From assembly GCA_041665365.1 (NCBI GenBank), contig JBAYIY010000001.1, positions 104,720-168,719 of the forward strand: a DNA stretch of 64,000 nt, given 5' to 3'. Positions 19,123 through 29,683 of this stretch are shown here, piece after piece (position 1 is the first letter of the stretch; each line of letters begins with the position of its first letter). A program made the translations under genes and the position numbers. The notes under the pieces were generated by a model that saw only the letters and a program-made list of their open reading frames with translations, was not told the origin of the DNA and ran no database searches. The stretch comes from Patescibacteria group bacterium (GTDB lineage Bacteria > Patescibacteriota > Patescibacteriia > UBA9570).

Positions 19123-20766
19123 ATGGCCAAACGAGAATTCAATGTTCGAGCCGTGCAAAGCATTTTAGTGCGTGAAGATTATATTACCTCACAAGATGTA
19201 GCCAAGGCTGAAAATTATGCCAAAACCTACAACGCTAGCCCACTTGAATATTATTTGTCTAGTGGCGTACTCACTGAAGAATTACTTGGCCAAGCTTTAG
19301 CTGAAGCGTTTAATGTAACATTCGTTGATTTGCTGACTAATCTACCAGACGCCACCCACATTCAACTTATTCCCAAAGAAACTAGTGAGGCCTTACGGAT
19401 TGTCGTTTACAAGATAGACGATCAAACAGTCACACTAGCGACCGACGATCCAACTCAGCTCGATATCAATAAACTAACCAACCAACTGTTTCCTGATCGT
19501 CAGTTAAAAATTGTTTACGCTTTACCATCTGCCATCGATTTTGCACTCGCCACCTATCGTTCTTCATTGGATTCTCAACTCCAAAATTTATTTTCCGGCG
19601 ATGCCTTACAGGCTCCGGAAGGCATCCAAATTATTGTCAGCGAAGCGATTTTGCACCGGGCGTCGGATATTCATTTTGAGCCCAGCGAAACTGAAGTCAT
19701 TCTTCGTTATCGCATTGATGGTATGCTGCATGAAATGGCCAAATTAAAACACGATTTTTTTGATCTACTAGTTAATCGTATTAAAGTCATGTCCCGCCTA
19801 CGAATTGATGAGCATATGACTCCTCAAGACGGTGCCATGCGCATGGTAATAGATAATAAACCAGTTGATTTACGCGTCTCATGTGTACCAATGTTAGATG
19901 GTGAAAAAATTGTCATGCGCGTGCTGGCTCAATATGTAAAAGATTTTTCTTTGCAAGATATTGGTTTATTAACTGATCATCAAACCAAAATTAAAGAAGC
20001 TCTCAAAAAACCGTATGGTATGGTGTTAACCACTGGTCCAACTGGCTCCGGTAAAACTACCACGCTCTATGCTTTGATAAAATTGCTTAATACTCCTTAC
20101 GTCAATATCACTACCATTGAAGATCCAGTCGAATATAAAATCAGTGGTGTCAATCAAATGCAAGTGAACAATATCATGAACGTCACTTTTAGTACTGGTT
20201 TACGTTCGTTGATGCGGCAAGATCCTGATGTTATTTTGTTGGGCGAGGTGCGCGATTTTGATTCCGCCAACAATGCAGTTAATGCTGCCTTAACTGGCCA
20301 TTTAATGTTTTCTACGTTTCACGCTAATGATGCCGCTACCACTATCCCCCATTTGCAAGAAATGGGGATTGAACCATTTCTACTAGCCTCAGCTTTAGAA
20401 TTGATTATTGCCCAACGGTTAGTACGTAAAATTTGTAGTCATTGTCGCATTAGTTACGTTGTGCCACGTAAAAGCTTAAAACCAATTGTGCGCGCCCACT
20501 ACGGCAGTGAAACTGCCACTCTCTATAGAGGTAAAGGTTGCGTGGCTTGTAACCAGTTGGGTTACATGGGTCGGGTGCCAGTCTTTGAAATGATTCAAAT
20601 GACGAGTGAAATGCGTGATTTAGTACTTAACCATGCTTCATCTGAACAAATTTGGGAATTAGCTTTACAACAAGGTAGCCAATCGTTTTTTTCTGATGGT
20701 ATGAAGAAAGTTAATCTTGGATTAACTACTTTGGAAGAATTACTGCGCGTCATTCCAACAAAATAA
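19123..20766 (+). CDS. pilB: Type IV pilus / T2SS assembly ATPase
   Basis: ASDIHFEP, GPTGSGKTTT, TIEDPVEY, RQDPD, ALTGH, Zn CxxC pairs. Confidence 0.92.
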   Translation: MAKREFNVRAVQSILVREDYITSQDVAKAENYAKTYNASPLEYYLSSGVLTEELLGQALAEAFNVTFVDLLTNLPDATHIQLIPKETSEALRIVVYKIDDQTVTLATDDPTQLDINKLTNQLFPDRQLKIVYALPSAIDFALATYRSSLDSQLQNLFSGDALQAPEGIQIIVSEAILHRASDIHFEPSETEVILRYRIDGMLHEMAKLKHDFFDLLVNRIKVMSRLRIDEHMTPQDGAMRMVIDNKPVDLRVSCVPMLDGEKIVMRVLAQYVKDFSLQDIGLLTDHQTKIKEALKKPYGMVLTTGPTGSGKTTTLYALIKLLNTPYVNITTIEDPVEYKISGVNQMQVNNIMNVTFSTGLRSLMRQDPDVILLGEVRDFDSANNAVNAALTGHLMFSTFHANDAATTIPHLQEMGIEPFLLASALELIIAQRLVRKICSHCRISYVVPRKSLKPIVRAHYGSETATLYRGKGCVACNQLGYMGRVPVFEMIQMTSEMRDLVLNHASSEQIWELALQQGSQSFFSDGMKKVNLGLTTLEELLRVIPTK

Positions 20767-20771
20767 TCACT

Positions 20772-21839
20772 ATGCACATACCTGGCTTGAAAAATTTTGG
20801 ACTGCGTAAAGAAGTCTACATTATGGTGGAAAATTTATCTGATTTGCTCACCAGTGGCATGAGTATTATCACGGTATTAGATTCCATTGCGTCTGAAGTA
20901 CGCACCACTCGCTTACGAAAACGGATCTATAGTATTTCTAAACAAGTACAAAGTGGTTCAACTTTAGCTAGTGCCTTTGCCAAAGAAGATCTGCTTCCAC
21001 CCCGCATGATTACGCTAATTAGAATTGGTGAAAAAACTGGTAAACTATCAGAAAACCTTAAAGTCTTAGTGCTGCAAAACCAAAAAGATGAGATGTTTCG
21101 TTCGAAAGTACGCTCTTCCCTACTCTATACCACAATCATTATGGTGCTGACAGTATTAATTGGCGGTGGCACTGCCTGGTACGTTTTACCAAAACTAACT
21201 TTAGCTTTTGAGCAGTTTGATGTGGTTTTGCCTTTACCAACTCGCATTATGTTGTGGTTTGGTACCATACTGAGTCGATTTGGTTATATTATTATGCCGT
21301 TAGTCGCCTTGATATTAATAAACGTATTTTATTTTCTGTTTAGTTTTCCGCGCACTAAATTTATCGGGCATAGAATACTGTTTCACGTCCCGTTAATAAA
21401 GACTCTGATTCGTGACGTCGAAATTGCCCGCTTCGGGTTTATTTTAGGCACGATGGTTCAAGCTGGCGTACCAATTGTACCCGCTTTGGAAGCACTAATT
21501 GACACCACTACATATAAAAATTATCAAGCTTTGTACAGCTATTTGGCAAAATCAATTGGTCAAGGCAAATCATTCCGGCAGTGTTTTCATGAATATCCAG
21601 GGATTGATAAATTATTTCCGAATACAGTGACGGCTTTGATTATGGCTGGCGAATTATCCGGCAATCTGGATAAACAATTACTCCATATTGGCGAACGCTA
21701 TGAACGCTTTGTTGATGAAGTCGCGCGCAATTTACCTATCATCATTGAACCAATTCTGATTGTTGGCGTTGGCATCGCGGTGGCTTTTTTAGGTGTCAGT
21801 ATTATTTATCCAATTTATCAATTGGCTGATTCTATTTAA
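20772..21839 (+). CDS. pilC: PilC/GspF platform protein
   Basis: GEKTGKL and GELSGNL repeats, IEPILI, three TM segments. Confidence 0.9.
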   Translation: MHIPGLKNFGLRKEVYIMVENLSDLLTSGMSIITVLDSIASEVRTTRLRKRIYSISKQVQSGSTLASAFAKEDLLPPRMITLIRIGEKTGKLSENLKVLVLQNQKDEMFRSKVRSSLLYTTIIMVLTVLIGGGTAWYVLPKLTLAFEQFDVVLPLPTRIMLWFGTILSRFGYIIMPLVALILINVFYFLFSFPRTKFIGHRILFHVPLIKTLIRDVEIARFGFILGTMVQAGVPIVPALEALIDTTTYKNYQALYSYLAKSIGQGKSFRQCFHEYPGIDKLFPNTVTALIMAGELSGNLDKQLLHIGERYERFVDEVARNLPIIIEPILIVGVGIAVAFLGVSIIYPIYQLADSI

Positions 21840-21840
21840 C

Positions 21841-22272
21841 ATGCTGCCACGGGCGGGGTTTAGCTTAATCGAATTAATTGTAGTTCTAGCCGTAGTTAGT
21901 TTATTAGCGGTGTTATCTATTTCCACTTACGGCACAATTAGCGTTCATCATGATGTTAATAGTTCGGTTACAATGTTGCGTAGTAATATTGAGGCAGCCA
22001 AACACAGAGCGGTGGCTGGAGTGAACGATTCAAACTGGGGTATAAAGTTATTAGCTGATCGCATGGTGATATTTAGAGGTGTCAGTTATGCCGCTCGAGT
22101 AACAGCCTCTGATATTACCACCTACTGGCCACAGGGTGTAACATTTACTGGTACAGATGAAATCGTGTTTACTAAACTGACCGGCTCGCCCTCAACCACT
22201 ACTGCCTGGCAGTTAACGAAAAAAAACTTTTCCACTAACTTAACGCTCAATGCGACTGGAACATTACAATAA
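21841..22272 (+). CDS. Type IV prepilin (FimT/GspH-like)
   Basis: GFSLIELIVV cleavage motif. Confidence 0.85.
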   Translation: MLPRAGFSLIELIVVLAVVSLLAVLSISTYGTISVHHDVNSSVTMLRSNIEAAKHRAVAGVNDSNWGIKLLADRMVIFRGVSYAARVTASDITTYWPQGVTFTGTDEIVFTKLTGSPSTTTAWQLTKKNFSTNLTLNATGTLQ

Positions 22273-23632
22273 TAAAGCAGGTTTCTCTTTAGTTGAAGTA
22301 GTGGTAGCTACGGCCATTCTGGCGTTGCTGGCTACTGCTGTCACTGGAGTAATGATTTATGGTAGCCGCATCGGTTACACTGTCAATCAAAAACAGCAAG
22401 CCTCAGCCCTAGCCGAAGAAGGTTTGGAAGCCGCCCGCAATATCGCTGATAATAATTTTAGTAATCTAGTTAATGGCACTTACGGTTTGGTGATTAGTGG
22501 TAATCAGTGGACATATTCTGGAGCCAATGACACAACCGGCAGTTTTACTCGTACTACGACCATTAGTACGGTTGATGCTAATACCAAATCGGTCGCTGTT
22601 AACGTCTCTTGGACCGGTTTATTTGGGAGCAGCTCAACGAGTGCTACATCTTACTTGACCAACTGGAAAGCCGCTACCTATACTCCTTGGCAAACGCCTG
22701 TGGTATTTACTAGTTTAAATTTAGCCGCTGGACACGATGGATTAAAATTAGATCAATCAGGTAATTCTATTTATTTAGTACGCTCGAATGCTACGGTTAA
22801 CCTGATAGATGTTTCTACTCCATCCGCACCAACCTTAACTAGTTTTTTCACGGCCACGGTATCACCGAACAATTTAGCAGTGAGTGGCACAAATGTATTT
22901 TTATCCTCATCAGCCAATGCCCGAGAACTGGAAATAATTAGTTTTGCTACGCCACTTAGCCCGGTGTATGTTGGCAGTTATAATGCCGCTGGAACAGATA
23001 ATGCTACTAGTATCGCAGTGGTTGGTACGACGGCTTACCTAACACGAGTTAATGGCACTAATCCTGAATTTAATATTATTAATGTCTCAACTCCAGCAAC
23101 TCCAACCTTAACTGGATCATTAAACCTTTTAGGTAGCGCCAATGACATTAGTGTTAGTGGTAGTTATGCTTATATCGCTAGTAGTGAAGATACTCAAGAA
23201 TTACAAGTGGTGAATATTTCCGTACCGGCTACACCCAGTTTAGCTGGTACATTAGGTTTAACCGGCACCGCTGACGCTACCGCCATAGTTATCTATGGAA
23301 CGACTGTTTATGTCGGCCGTACCGATGGCAGTGTGGCCATTATTAGTGTCGCTACTCCAGCTACACCAACTTTATTAGGTACCTTTACTTCAGCCACGGC
23401 CATAAATGATCTTAAAGTAAACCCCACTGGTACCTTAGTATTTATTGCGGCCACACTTGGCACGGCCGAATTTCAAGCCATTGACGTTACGATACCGGCT
23501 ACCCCAACTTTATATAGTAGCTTAAATTTATCTGACACTTTATACGGCATAGTTTATCAAACTTCACCTGAATACGCTTTTGGTGCATCAGCCGATAATG
23601 CCGCCGAGTTTCAAGTGTTTAGCCCCAATTGA
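22250..23632 (+). CDS. Type IV prepilin with LVIVD-like beta-propeller
   Basis: GFSLVEVVV; repeated INVSTPATPTLxG units. Confidence 0.82.
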   Translation: MRLEHYNNKAGFSLVEVVVATAILALLATAVTGVMIYGSRIGYTVNQKQQASALAEEGLEAARNIADNNFSNLVNGTYGLVISGNQWTYSGANDTTGSFTRTTTISTVDANTKSVAVNVSWTGLFGSSSTSATSYLTNWKAATYTPWQTPVVFTSLNLAAGHDGLKLDQSGNSIYLVRSNATVNLIDVSTPSAPTLTSFFTATVSPNNLAVSGTNVFLSSSANARELEIISFATPLSPVYVGSYNAAGTDNATSIAVVGTTAYLTRVNGTNPEFNIINVSTPATPTLTGSLNLLGSANDISVSGSYAYIASSEDTQELQVVNISVPATPSLAGTLGLTGTADATAIVIYGTTVYVGRTDGSVAIISVATPATPTLLGTFTSATAINDLKVNPTGTLVFIAATLGTAEFQAIDVTIPATPTLYSSLNLSDTLYGIVYQTSPEYAFGASADNAAEFQVFSPN

Positions 23633-23633
23633 T

Positions 23634-24113
23634 ATGAATAAACATACAACCGGTTTTACTTTAATTGAATTGATTGTCTATATAGCCATAGCCAGTATTT
23701 TGATTTTAACCGCCGCTGGTTTTATTCAAAGTATTTTACAAATTCAACGCACGCAAAAAATCGCTTCGTTGCTCGAGGCCAATGGTAATAATGCCATGCG
23801 GCGTATTACCCAAGCGGTGCGTAACGCCGATAGTATTACACTACCAACCACCGGAACCAGTGGCACCACGTTAACAGTGGCTACCTATAGTGGACCAACT
23901 AATCCAACTAGTTACACGCTCAGTGGTGGTCAATTACGTGAACAATTGGGCGCTGGTAGTGTCACACCTATCACTAGTACCGAGGTCACTGTTTCAGCGT
24001 TATCTTTTTATAATCTGTCACGAGCCGCAACACCGGGCGCTGTCCGTATTCAATATACCGTCACTTATGGTACACAAAGTAAAACATTCTATGGCACTGC
24101 TACACTCCGTTAA
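23634..24113 (+). CDS. Type IV prepilin (PilW-like)
   Basis: GFTLIELIVY. Confidence 0.85.
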   Translation: MNKHTTGFTLIELIVYIAIASILILTAAGFIQSILQIQRTQKIASLLEANGNNAMRRITQAVRNADSITLPTTGTSGTTLTVATYSGPTNPTSYTLSGGQLREQLGAGSVTPITSTEVTVSALSFYNLSRAATPGAVRIQYTVTYGTQSKTFYGTATLR

Positions 24114-24492
24114 ACCAAGTAATGGCTACACTATTTTAGTAGCAGTTATTTTAATATCAGCTGTGGCTTTAATTGTAGCTACCACCCTGGCCTTAACCAG
24201 TATTAATAGTTTGCGCGATCAAAGAATTGATAATGCCGCTGTTATTGCTCAAGCCACCGTCAACGGCTGCGGTGAATTAGCTTTATTGGCCATTCAACAA
24301 AATACCAGCTTCACCGGCACTGTTAACACTACAGTGAACGGTAATGCTTGTACCTACATAGTTACCAACACAGGCGGTAGTACACGCACCGTGACTGCTA
24401 CAGCGACATACAACACAGTCACAAGAAATATCACTATACTGGTTAATCAGGTAACGCCCAATATTACTTTCACGAGTTGGTTAGAAAATTAG
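24091..24492 (+). CDS. PilX-like minor pilin
   Basis: GYTILVAVIL (lacks E5), GCGELAL; last gene of pilin cluster. Confidence 0.72.
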   Translation: MALLHSVKPSNGYTILVAVILISAVALIVATTLALTSINSLRDQRIDNAAVIAQATVNGCGELALLAIQQNTSFTGTVNTTVNGNACTYIVTNTGGSTRTVTATATYNTVTRNITILVNQVTPNITFTSWLEN

Positions 24493-24496
24493 GTTT

Positions 24497-25918
24497 TTAC
24501 TTTAATAAAGTTTCCAAATCCAACCGCTCTGTAACATTTATTTGATTCAAGAATTCTTGATCGTGACACACTAAAATAATGGCTCCAGCAAACTTATTCA
24601 GCGCCTCAGCAATAATTGGTAAGTGTCGAAAATTTATATGGTTAGTTGGTTCATCCAGAATTAATAAACCGGGTTGTTGCACCATAAAACGAGCGTAACA
24701 AAGCAAACCTTTTTGGCCTTCTGATAATGACCCAATGTTATTTTGTAACAAATCTCCGGTTAACATAAAATGCGCCGCCGCCCGATAGACCGTTTCATCT
24801 CCCCCACTATTTTCCAATTGACTAGCCCGCAATGTTTTCATGGCTGTACTGGAAAAATCTAAACCGGAAAAATCTTGCTCATAATACCCTACTCTTAACC
24901 CCGCCGGCGGTGTTTGCGCCAGACGTTTAAGAGCCGTAGTTTTGCCGATGCCATTGGGCCCAATAATATGTAAAATATCTTTTTGGCGTAAAATAATATC
25001 AACCGGTTTATCTAAAATAGAGGTCAATTTTATCACCGGATTGCCAATATTTTGTGCCTGAATAATAAATGGCCGAATGGTTTTATCTTCTTGTCTAACA
25101 TCTACTATATTCTCTTCACTCTCTTCAATTTGATCGCGTAATTTACTGGCTAACTTCCGCATCTTGCCCCCTTTATGTGAGAAGAAGTTCACTTTATCTT
25201 TACGATCTTGAATGTTTTTTTGCAGTTGAGCATTTTTATGTTTCTCACGCTCTATTTGCGCCGCGATTTCTTCCACCACATCAAAGTAATTACCAACATA
25301 TTGTTGTACGGTGTGTGTAAAAACATCTAAATTTAATACACCGTCAGTGAAAGTATTTAAAAAACCAGCGTCATGGGAAATAACAATGACAGTTTTTTCG
25401 TAACCTAATAGAAAGCCGGTCAGATGATCTATCCCGGCACTATCTAAATTATTAGTCGGCTCATCTAATAATAAAATGTCCGGCTCTTGAATTAAGGCTT
25501 GGGCTAATAATAACCGCGCTTGTTGACCACCCGATAATTGTTTGACTAAACGATCTAGTGGTATATCCAAATTTACTACCTTAAATATTTTCTCAATCCG
25601 TCTAGACAAATCATAAACTTTGTCCGGAAAGGCTCTCGTAAAAAAATCCTGTACAGTAATGTCTAAACAATCACGCGGTACAACTTGGGCTGCCAAGGCA
25701 ATACTAGCACCCGGTTGAATATGAATATTCCCACCCTGAGGTTGTAATTGCCCAGTGATTAATTTAAATAAGGTGCTTTTACCGGCTCCATTTTGACCCA
25801 TGATGGTAATTTTAGCGTTGGCGCGCACCGAAAAATTCGCCTCAGTCAAAATAACCTTAGTTTCGTTATAATGATAAGTGACATTATTAAATCGAATGGC
25901 AACAACTTGGTCAGTCAT
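24497..25918 (-). CDS. ABC-F family ATPase
   Basis: Two ABC domains (GQNGAGKS/LSGGQ/LDEPTN and GPNGIGKT/LSEGQ/LDEPTN), no TM segments. Confidence 0.9.
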   Translation of the reverse strand: MTDQVVAIRFNNVTYHYNETKVILTEANFSVRANAKITIMGQNGAGKSTLFKLITGQLQPQGGNIHIQPGASIALAAQVVPRDCLDITVQDFFTRAFPDKVYDLSRRIEKIFKVVNLDIPLDRLVKQLSGGQQARLLLAQALIQEPDILLLDEPTNNLDSAGIDHLTGFLLGYEKTVIVISHDAGFLNTFTDGVLNLDVFTHTVQQYVGNYFDVVEEIAAQIEREKHKNAQLQKNIQDRKDKVNFFSHKGGKMRKLASKLRDQIEESEENIVDVRQEDKTIRPFIIQAQNIGNPVIKLTSILDKPVDIILRQKDILHIIGPNGIGKTTALKRLAQTPPAGLRVGYYEQDFSGLDFSSTAMKTLRASQLENSGGDETVYRAAAHFMLTGDLLQNNIGSLSEGQKGLLCYARFMVQQPGLLILDEPTNHINFRHLPIIAEALNKFAGAIILVCHDQEFLNQINVTERLDLETLLK

Positions 25919-25978
25919 ACAGTGGCTCACACTAATAGATTTCACCAGTTTGGTCAAATCGCATCACTATGTCACTTG

Positions 25979-26029
25979 AAATTAATCAAGTAGAGACGTG
26001 CCGGCGGCACGTCTCTACTTGATTAATTT
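25979..26029. repeat. GTAG-type REP inside an extended 51-bp palindrome
   Basis: aaattaatcaa-GTAGAGACGTGCC-ggc-GGCACGTCTCTAC-ttgattaattt. Confidence 0.88.
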
Positions 26030-26049
26030 TATTTGGTTTGATAATCGCA

Positions 26050-27132
26050 TCACTTGATCAGTTCAACGACCTCATCTGTCGCATCAGATATTTCTTCAGT
26101 CTTAATTTTTTCAACCACAGAAGTGAGTTTTTTTGTGCGTGTAACCGATACTTTTTGGTATTGATCTGAGGCCGATTGGAGCCGAGTACCTAAAGTATCT
26201 AACTCTTCATTAAATTTTGTGTATTCTAATTCAAATGTTTTTATTAATTTAATAATATCGTGTAAATTTTCTTGATAGCGAAAATTACGATAGGCTTGAT
26301 AAACCATACGCAATAGGGCTGTGAAACTAAATGGTCCGGCTAAAATCACCTTTTGTTTTAACGCATCTTCCCAAATATCTGGCATTTTTTCATAGATGAA
26401 ACTAAAGATCATTTCATTTGGTACAAACATCACCACAAAATCCAAAGTCTGTTCGGCCGGATTAATATAATCACGCGAGGTGGCTTGTTTGATTTTTTGT
26501 TTAACATCCTTGGAAAATTCCCGTAAATATATGTCTTTATCGACTTTAGTTTCGGCGGCTTGATATTTTAACAATGACTGAAAAGGAAATTTAGCATCAA
26601 TGTTCAATTTGGTTTTATCTGGTAACAGAATCGTAAAATCTGGCCGAGTGGTGACAGTATCTAAGGCGGTATTAGCTAAATATTGTTGCCCCTTAACAAA
26701 GCCAACTGACAATAATAGATTTTCAGCCACTTCTTCACCATAGCGTCCACGCAATTGATTGTTCGATAAAATATTTTTCAAATCATCCGTCGAGGTTTTT
26801 AATTCACTAGTCACTAATTTATGTTCGTCCACCACACTCTTGAGGGCACTGAATTGGCTAATCCGGGCTTGCTCGGATTGTTCAATTTTTTTCTGACTCG
26901 CCTCCAGATCATGTCCGATCCGATCAACTAGTTCTTTAATGGCATCTTTTTTACTATCCAGCGTTTGCGCACCTTGTTTCATTTTTTCATCTAAAACTGA
27001 TTGTAAACGCTGCTGCATGACATCGGTCGCTAGAGTTGTAATATAATGCACAATTGGTTTCTGCAGAACAAACAGCAGTGCCGTGCCAAGTGCAATGGTA
27101 GCCAGAATAGTCAAAATAATGGTGGTAATCAT
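26050..27132 (-). CDS. rmuC: DNA recombination protein RmuC
   Basis: RGRYGE, RPD, IDAKFP, DFVVMFVPNE. Confidence 0.9.
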   Translation of the reverse strand: MITTIILTILATIALGTALLFVLQKPIVHYITTLATDVMQQRLQSVLDEKMKQGAQTLDSKKDAIKELVDRIGHDLEASQKKIEQSEQARISQFSALKSVVDEHKLVTSELKTSTDDLKNILSNNQLRGRYGEEVAENLLLSVGFVKGQQYLANTALDTVTTRPDFTILLPDKTKLNIDAKFPFQSLLKYQAAETKVDKDIYLREFSKDVKQKIKQATSRDYINPAEQTLDFVVMFVPNEMIFSFIYEKMPDIWEDALKQKVILAGPFSFTALLRMVYQAYRNFRYQENLHDIIKLIKTFELEYTKFNEELDTLGTRLQSASDQYQKVSVTRTKKLTSVVEKIKTEEISDATDEVVELIK

Positions 27133-27145
27133 ATAAATAATATTG

Positions 27146-28153
27146 TTATAAAGCCTGCGTCAGTAACTCCTTAATAAATTTTAAATTGTTGTATTTAGCG
27201 TGTCGGCCGACTAATTCAAGAAAACCATCGCCTGTTACCGGCTTCCCTGCCATCGTACCACACACCTGTAGTGGACCTTCCCAGTAATTCATTTTTCCAA
27301 AGATCATTTCTTGCTGTTTGACTTTTGGTGTGACTGTGACATCCAATTTTATGGCTGGAATTTTTATATGCCAGGTTAATTGATAAGTGGCACTGGTATT
27401 AGGACTAGTCCAGGCAGTACCAACTGGCTCAAGCGTAAATTTTTTATTATGAACTTGAGTATTATCTGGAAAAGATACGCTGGCACTATTTTTAAATTTT
27501 TCATTATCCTTAAAACGAGCCAACAAAATATCAGTTTTATTATCCAGTTGTAAGGAAAACCACGTCCAGTCAAAATCAACGAATCGCGCCTCAGCCCACT
27601 GATGATCCATCCAAGCAATCCCCTGTACTGGAATGAGGTTATTGTTCCACTGGATATTACCAGACACATATAATCTGGGTATTGAATAATAACATGATGA
27701 TTTACCTTGATATTTCATAATACCCGTTCCACCTACTAAGAGGGGCGGTTTTTCGGACAATAATTGGAGGTGCATTTTATCGGTTTGCACAACATAATGA
27801 AATGGTTCCAGTTCGTCTAGGCGCTGCGGTGCTTGTAATGGTTTTAATGGGAGACTACACGATAAAGACAACAACTTAGCTCTAGGAGGCTGTGTATGTA
27901 AGGCTAAATAACTAATTTGCCGTTCACAACTTTTTTGGCTAACATTAGTTAATACAGCATGGGGAAAATAGATTGACTCCACTGGTAAATATTCCAAAAT
28001 GGGTAAACTGGATTTTTTTGGATTAACATGAAAAATACAGTACATAAAAGCATACTGTTTGTTGTATTTATCGGTCAGATGCCCATTAATGTACCACCAC
28101 TCTCCGGCGACATTGTGGGGTAACTCATCGTGAGGGAATCGTAGTGCTTTCAT
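27146..28153 (-). CDS. AttH/CrtC-like lipocalin-domain protein (carotenoid 1,2-hydratase-like)
   Basis: FPHDELPH, EWWYING, YYSIPR, AWMDHQW, WTWFSLQL, YWEG. Confidence 0.82.
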   Translation of the reverse strand: MKALRFPHDELPHNVAGEWWYINGHLTDKYNKQYAFMYCIFHVNPKKSSLPILEYLPVESIYFPHAVLTNVSQKSCERQISYLALHTQPPRAKLLSLSCSLPLKPLQAPQRLDELEPFHYVVQTDKMHLQLLSEKPPLLVGGTGIMKYQGKSSCYYSIPRLYVSGNIQWNNNLIPVQGIAWMDHQWAEARFVDFDWTWFSLQLDNKTDILLARFKDNEKFKNSASVSFPDNTQVHNKKFTLEPVGTAWTSPNTSATYQLTWHIKIPAIKLDVTVTPKVKQQEMIFGKMNYWEGPLQVCGTMAGKPVTGDGFLELVGRHAKYNNLKFIKELLTQAL

Positions 28154-28218
28154 AGTTACCCTGTATGATATAGAATAACCTCAGTCTAGACAACTCTAAA
28201 CATTTTTTTAATATCACT

Positions 28219-28989
28219 ATGAAACCCATCGCTGAACTATTTAATCTAACTGGCCAAACTGCTATTGTCACCGGTGGCGCTATGGGCATTGGTCAGGGCA
28301 TCGTCCAGCGTTTACACGAAGCCGGAGCTAATGTCATAATTGCCGACGTTGCTGAACCGAAAAGCTTAACAGATAATGAGTTTTACATAAAAACCGATAT
28401 CAGTGATGAAACGAGTATAAAAAATTTAGTTACTGCTGTACAAAAACAATTTGGTCGAATAGATATACTAGTAAACAACGCCGGTATCTTTCCACAACAA
28501 CCAGTCTTAGCTATGGAGTTATCCTTCTGGGAAAAAATCCAGGCGGTTAATTTAAGAGGGACTTTTTTGTGTTGCCGCGAAGTTGGTAATGTCATGGCCA
28601 AGCAAGGTCGAGGTAATATTGTTAATATCGCCTCAATTGATGCGTTACACCCCAGCATGGCCGGGTTAGCCGCCTATGATGCTTCCAAGCACGCTGTATG
28701 GGGCTTTACGAAAAACTTTGCCTTAGAGGTAGGTAAGCTAGGTATTCGTGTTAACGCCATCGCGCCGGGCAGTATAAACACTGAGGGTGTAAAAAACCTG
28801 AATTCAGGAGCCGTACCGGCCGGTGTTGATATGACCGCCATCATGAAACAATTTTTAGCCAAAATACCATTAGGCCGCATGGGTGAACCGGATGATATCG
28901 CCATGGCAACACTATTTTTAGCCAGTGCTGCCTCTAGTTACATGACCGGTAGTATGATGGTAGTAGACGGCGGCGTGTTGTTGTCTTAA
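28219..28989 (+). CDS. SDR family oxidoreductase
   Basis: TGGAMGIG, NNAG, YDASK, PLGRMGEP. Confidence 0.92.
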   Translation: MKPIAELFNLTGQTAIVTGGAMGIGQGIVQRLHEAGANVIIADVAEPKSLTDNEFYIKTDISDETSIKNLVTAVQKQFGRIDILVNNAGIFPQQPVLAMELSFWEKIQAVNLRGTFLCCREVGNVMAKQGRGNIVNIASIDALHPSMAGLAAYDASKHAVWGFTKNFALEVGKLGIRVNAIAPGSINTEGVKNLNSGAVPAGVDMTAIMKQFLAKIPLGRMGEPDDIAMATLFLASAASSYMTGSMMVVDGGVLLS

Positions 28990-28992
28990 AAA

Positions 28993-29532
28993 CTACTGAA
29001 TCGCGTTTAAGCGCACTTGAAATTGCAAAGTAGCATTGGGTGGAATAGCGGCGCCGGCACCCATAGAACCATAACCTAACTCAGATGGAATCACTAAAAT
29101 TCTCTCTTGCCCAATTTTCATACCAGCGACACCTTCATCCCAACCGGCAATCACTTGACCAACGCCTAAGGTAAAGGTAAAAGCCTGACCACGATCAAGC
29201 GAACTATCAAATTTCGTACCATCGGGCAACATGCCAGTATAATCCATTACAACATTATCACCAGCTTTGGCAGTATCGGTAGAAGTACCAACCGTTAAAT
29301 CTTTATATTTTAAACCAGATGTAGTAGTGGTTAATGTACTCATATCAGTGATGGGTAATTGCAAACCACTGCTAAACTCACCACTTGATATATTAACATT
29401 TGCATTCATATTTTTTGTAGTAGATTTATTAACGTTTATATTCGTATTTGAAGAAGTGGTAGTGGTGCTAGCACAGCCACTGATTAACACTAGTGATAAA
29501 ATAATGGTAGTTATTTTAAAAACATTTTTCAT
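28993..29532 (-). CDS. FKBP-type peptidyl-prolyl isomerase (lipoprotein)
   Basis: Lipobox ISGC; YTG, FDSS, VIAGWDEG, IPPNATL. Confidence 0.92.
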   Translation of the reverse strand: MKNVFKITTIILSLVLISGCASTTTTSSNTNINVNKSTTKNMNANVNISSGEFSSGLQLPITDMSTLTTTTSGLKYKDLTVGTSTDTAKAGDNVVMDYTGMLPDGTKFDSSLDRGQAFTFTLGVGQVIAGWDEGVAGMKIGQERILVIPSELGYGSMGAGAAIPPNATLQFQVRLNAIQ

Positions 29533-29557
29533 AGAATTGATTTATTTATTAATCAAT

Positions 29558-29608
29558 GATATCACATTGTCTCGATTGCGACTAGAAAAGCCTACACTAG
29601 TGATGGGT
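29558..29608. repeat. Half-site of the GAGACA/TGTCTC dyad repeat (copy 1 of 4)
   Basis: gatatcacattgtctcgattgcgactagaaaagcct; also at 33067, 36186, 37077. Confidence 0.85.
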
Positions 29609-29683
29609 ACAATTCACAATTAGTATGATGAAGCTATATTTAAAAAAAGTCTGGATTTTGTTTAGGTTCCAGAAACCATGTTT

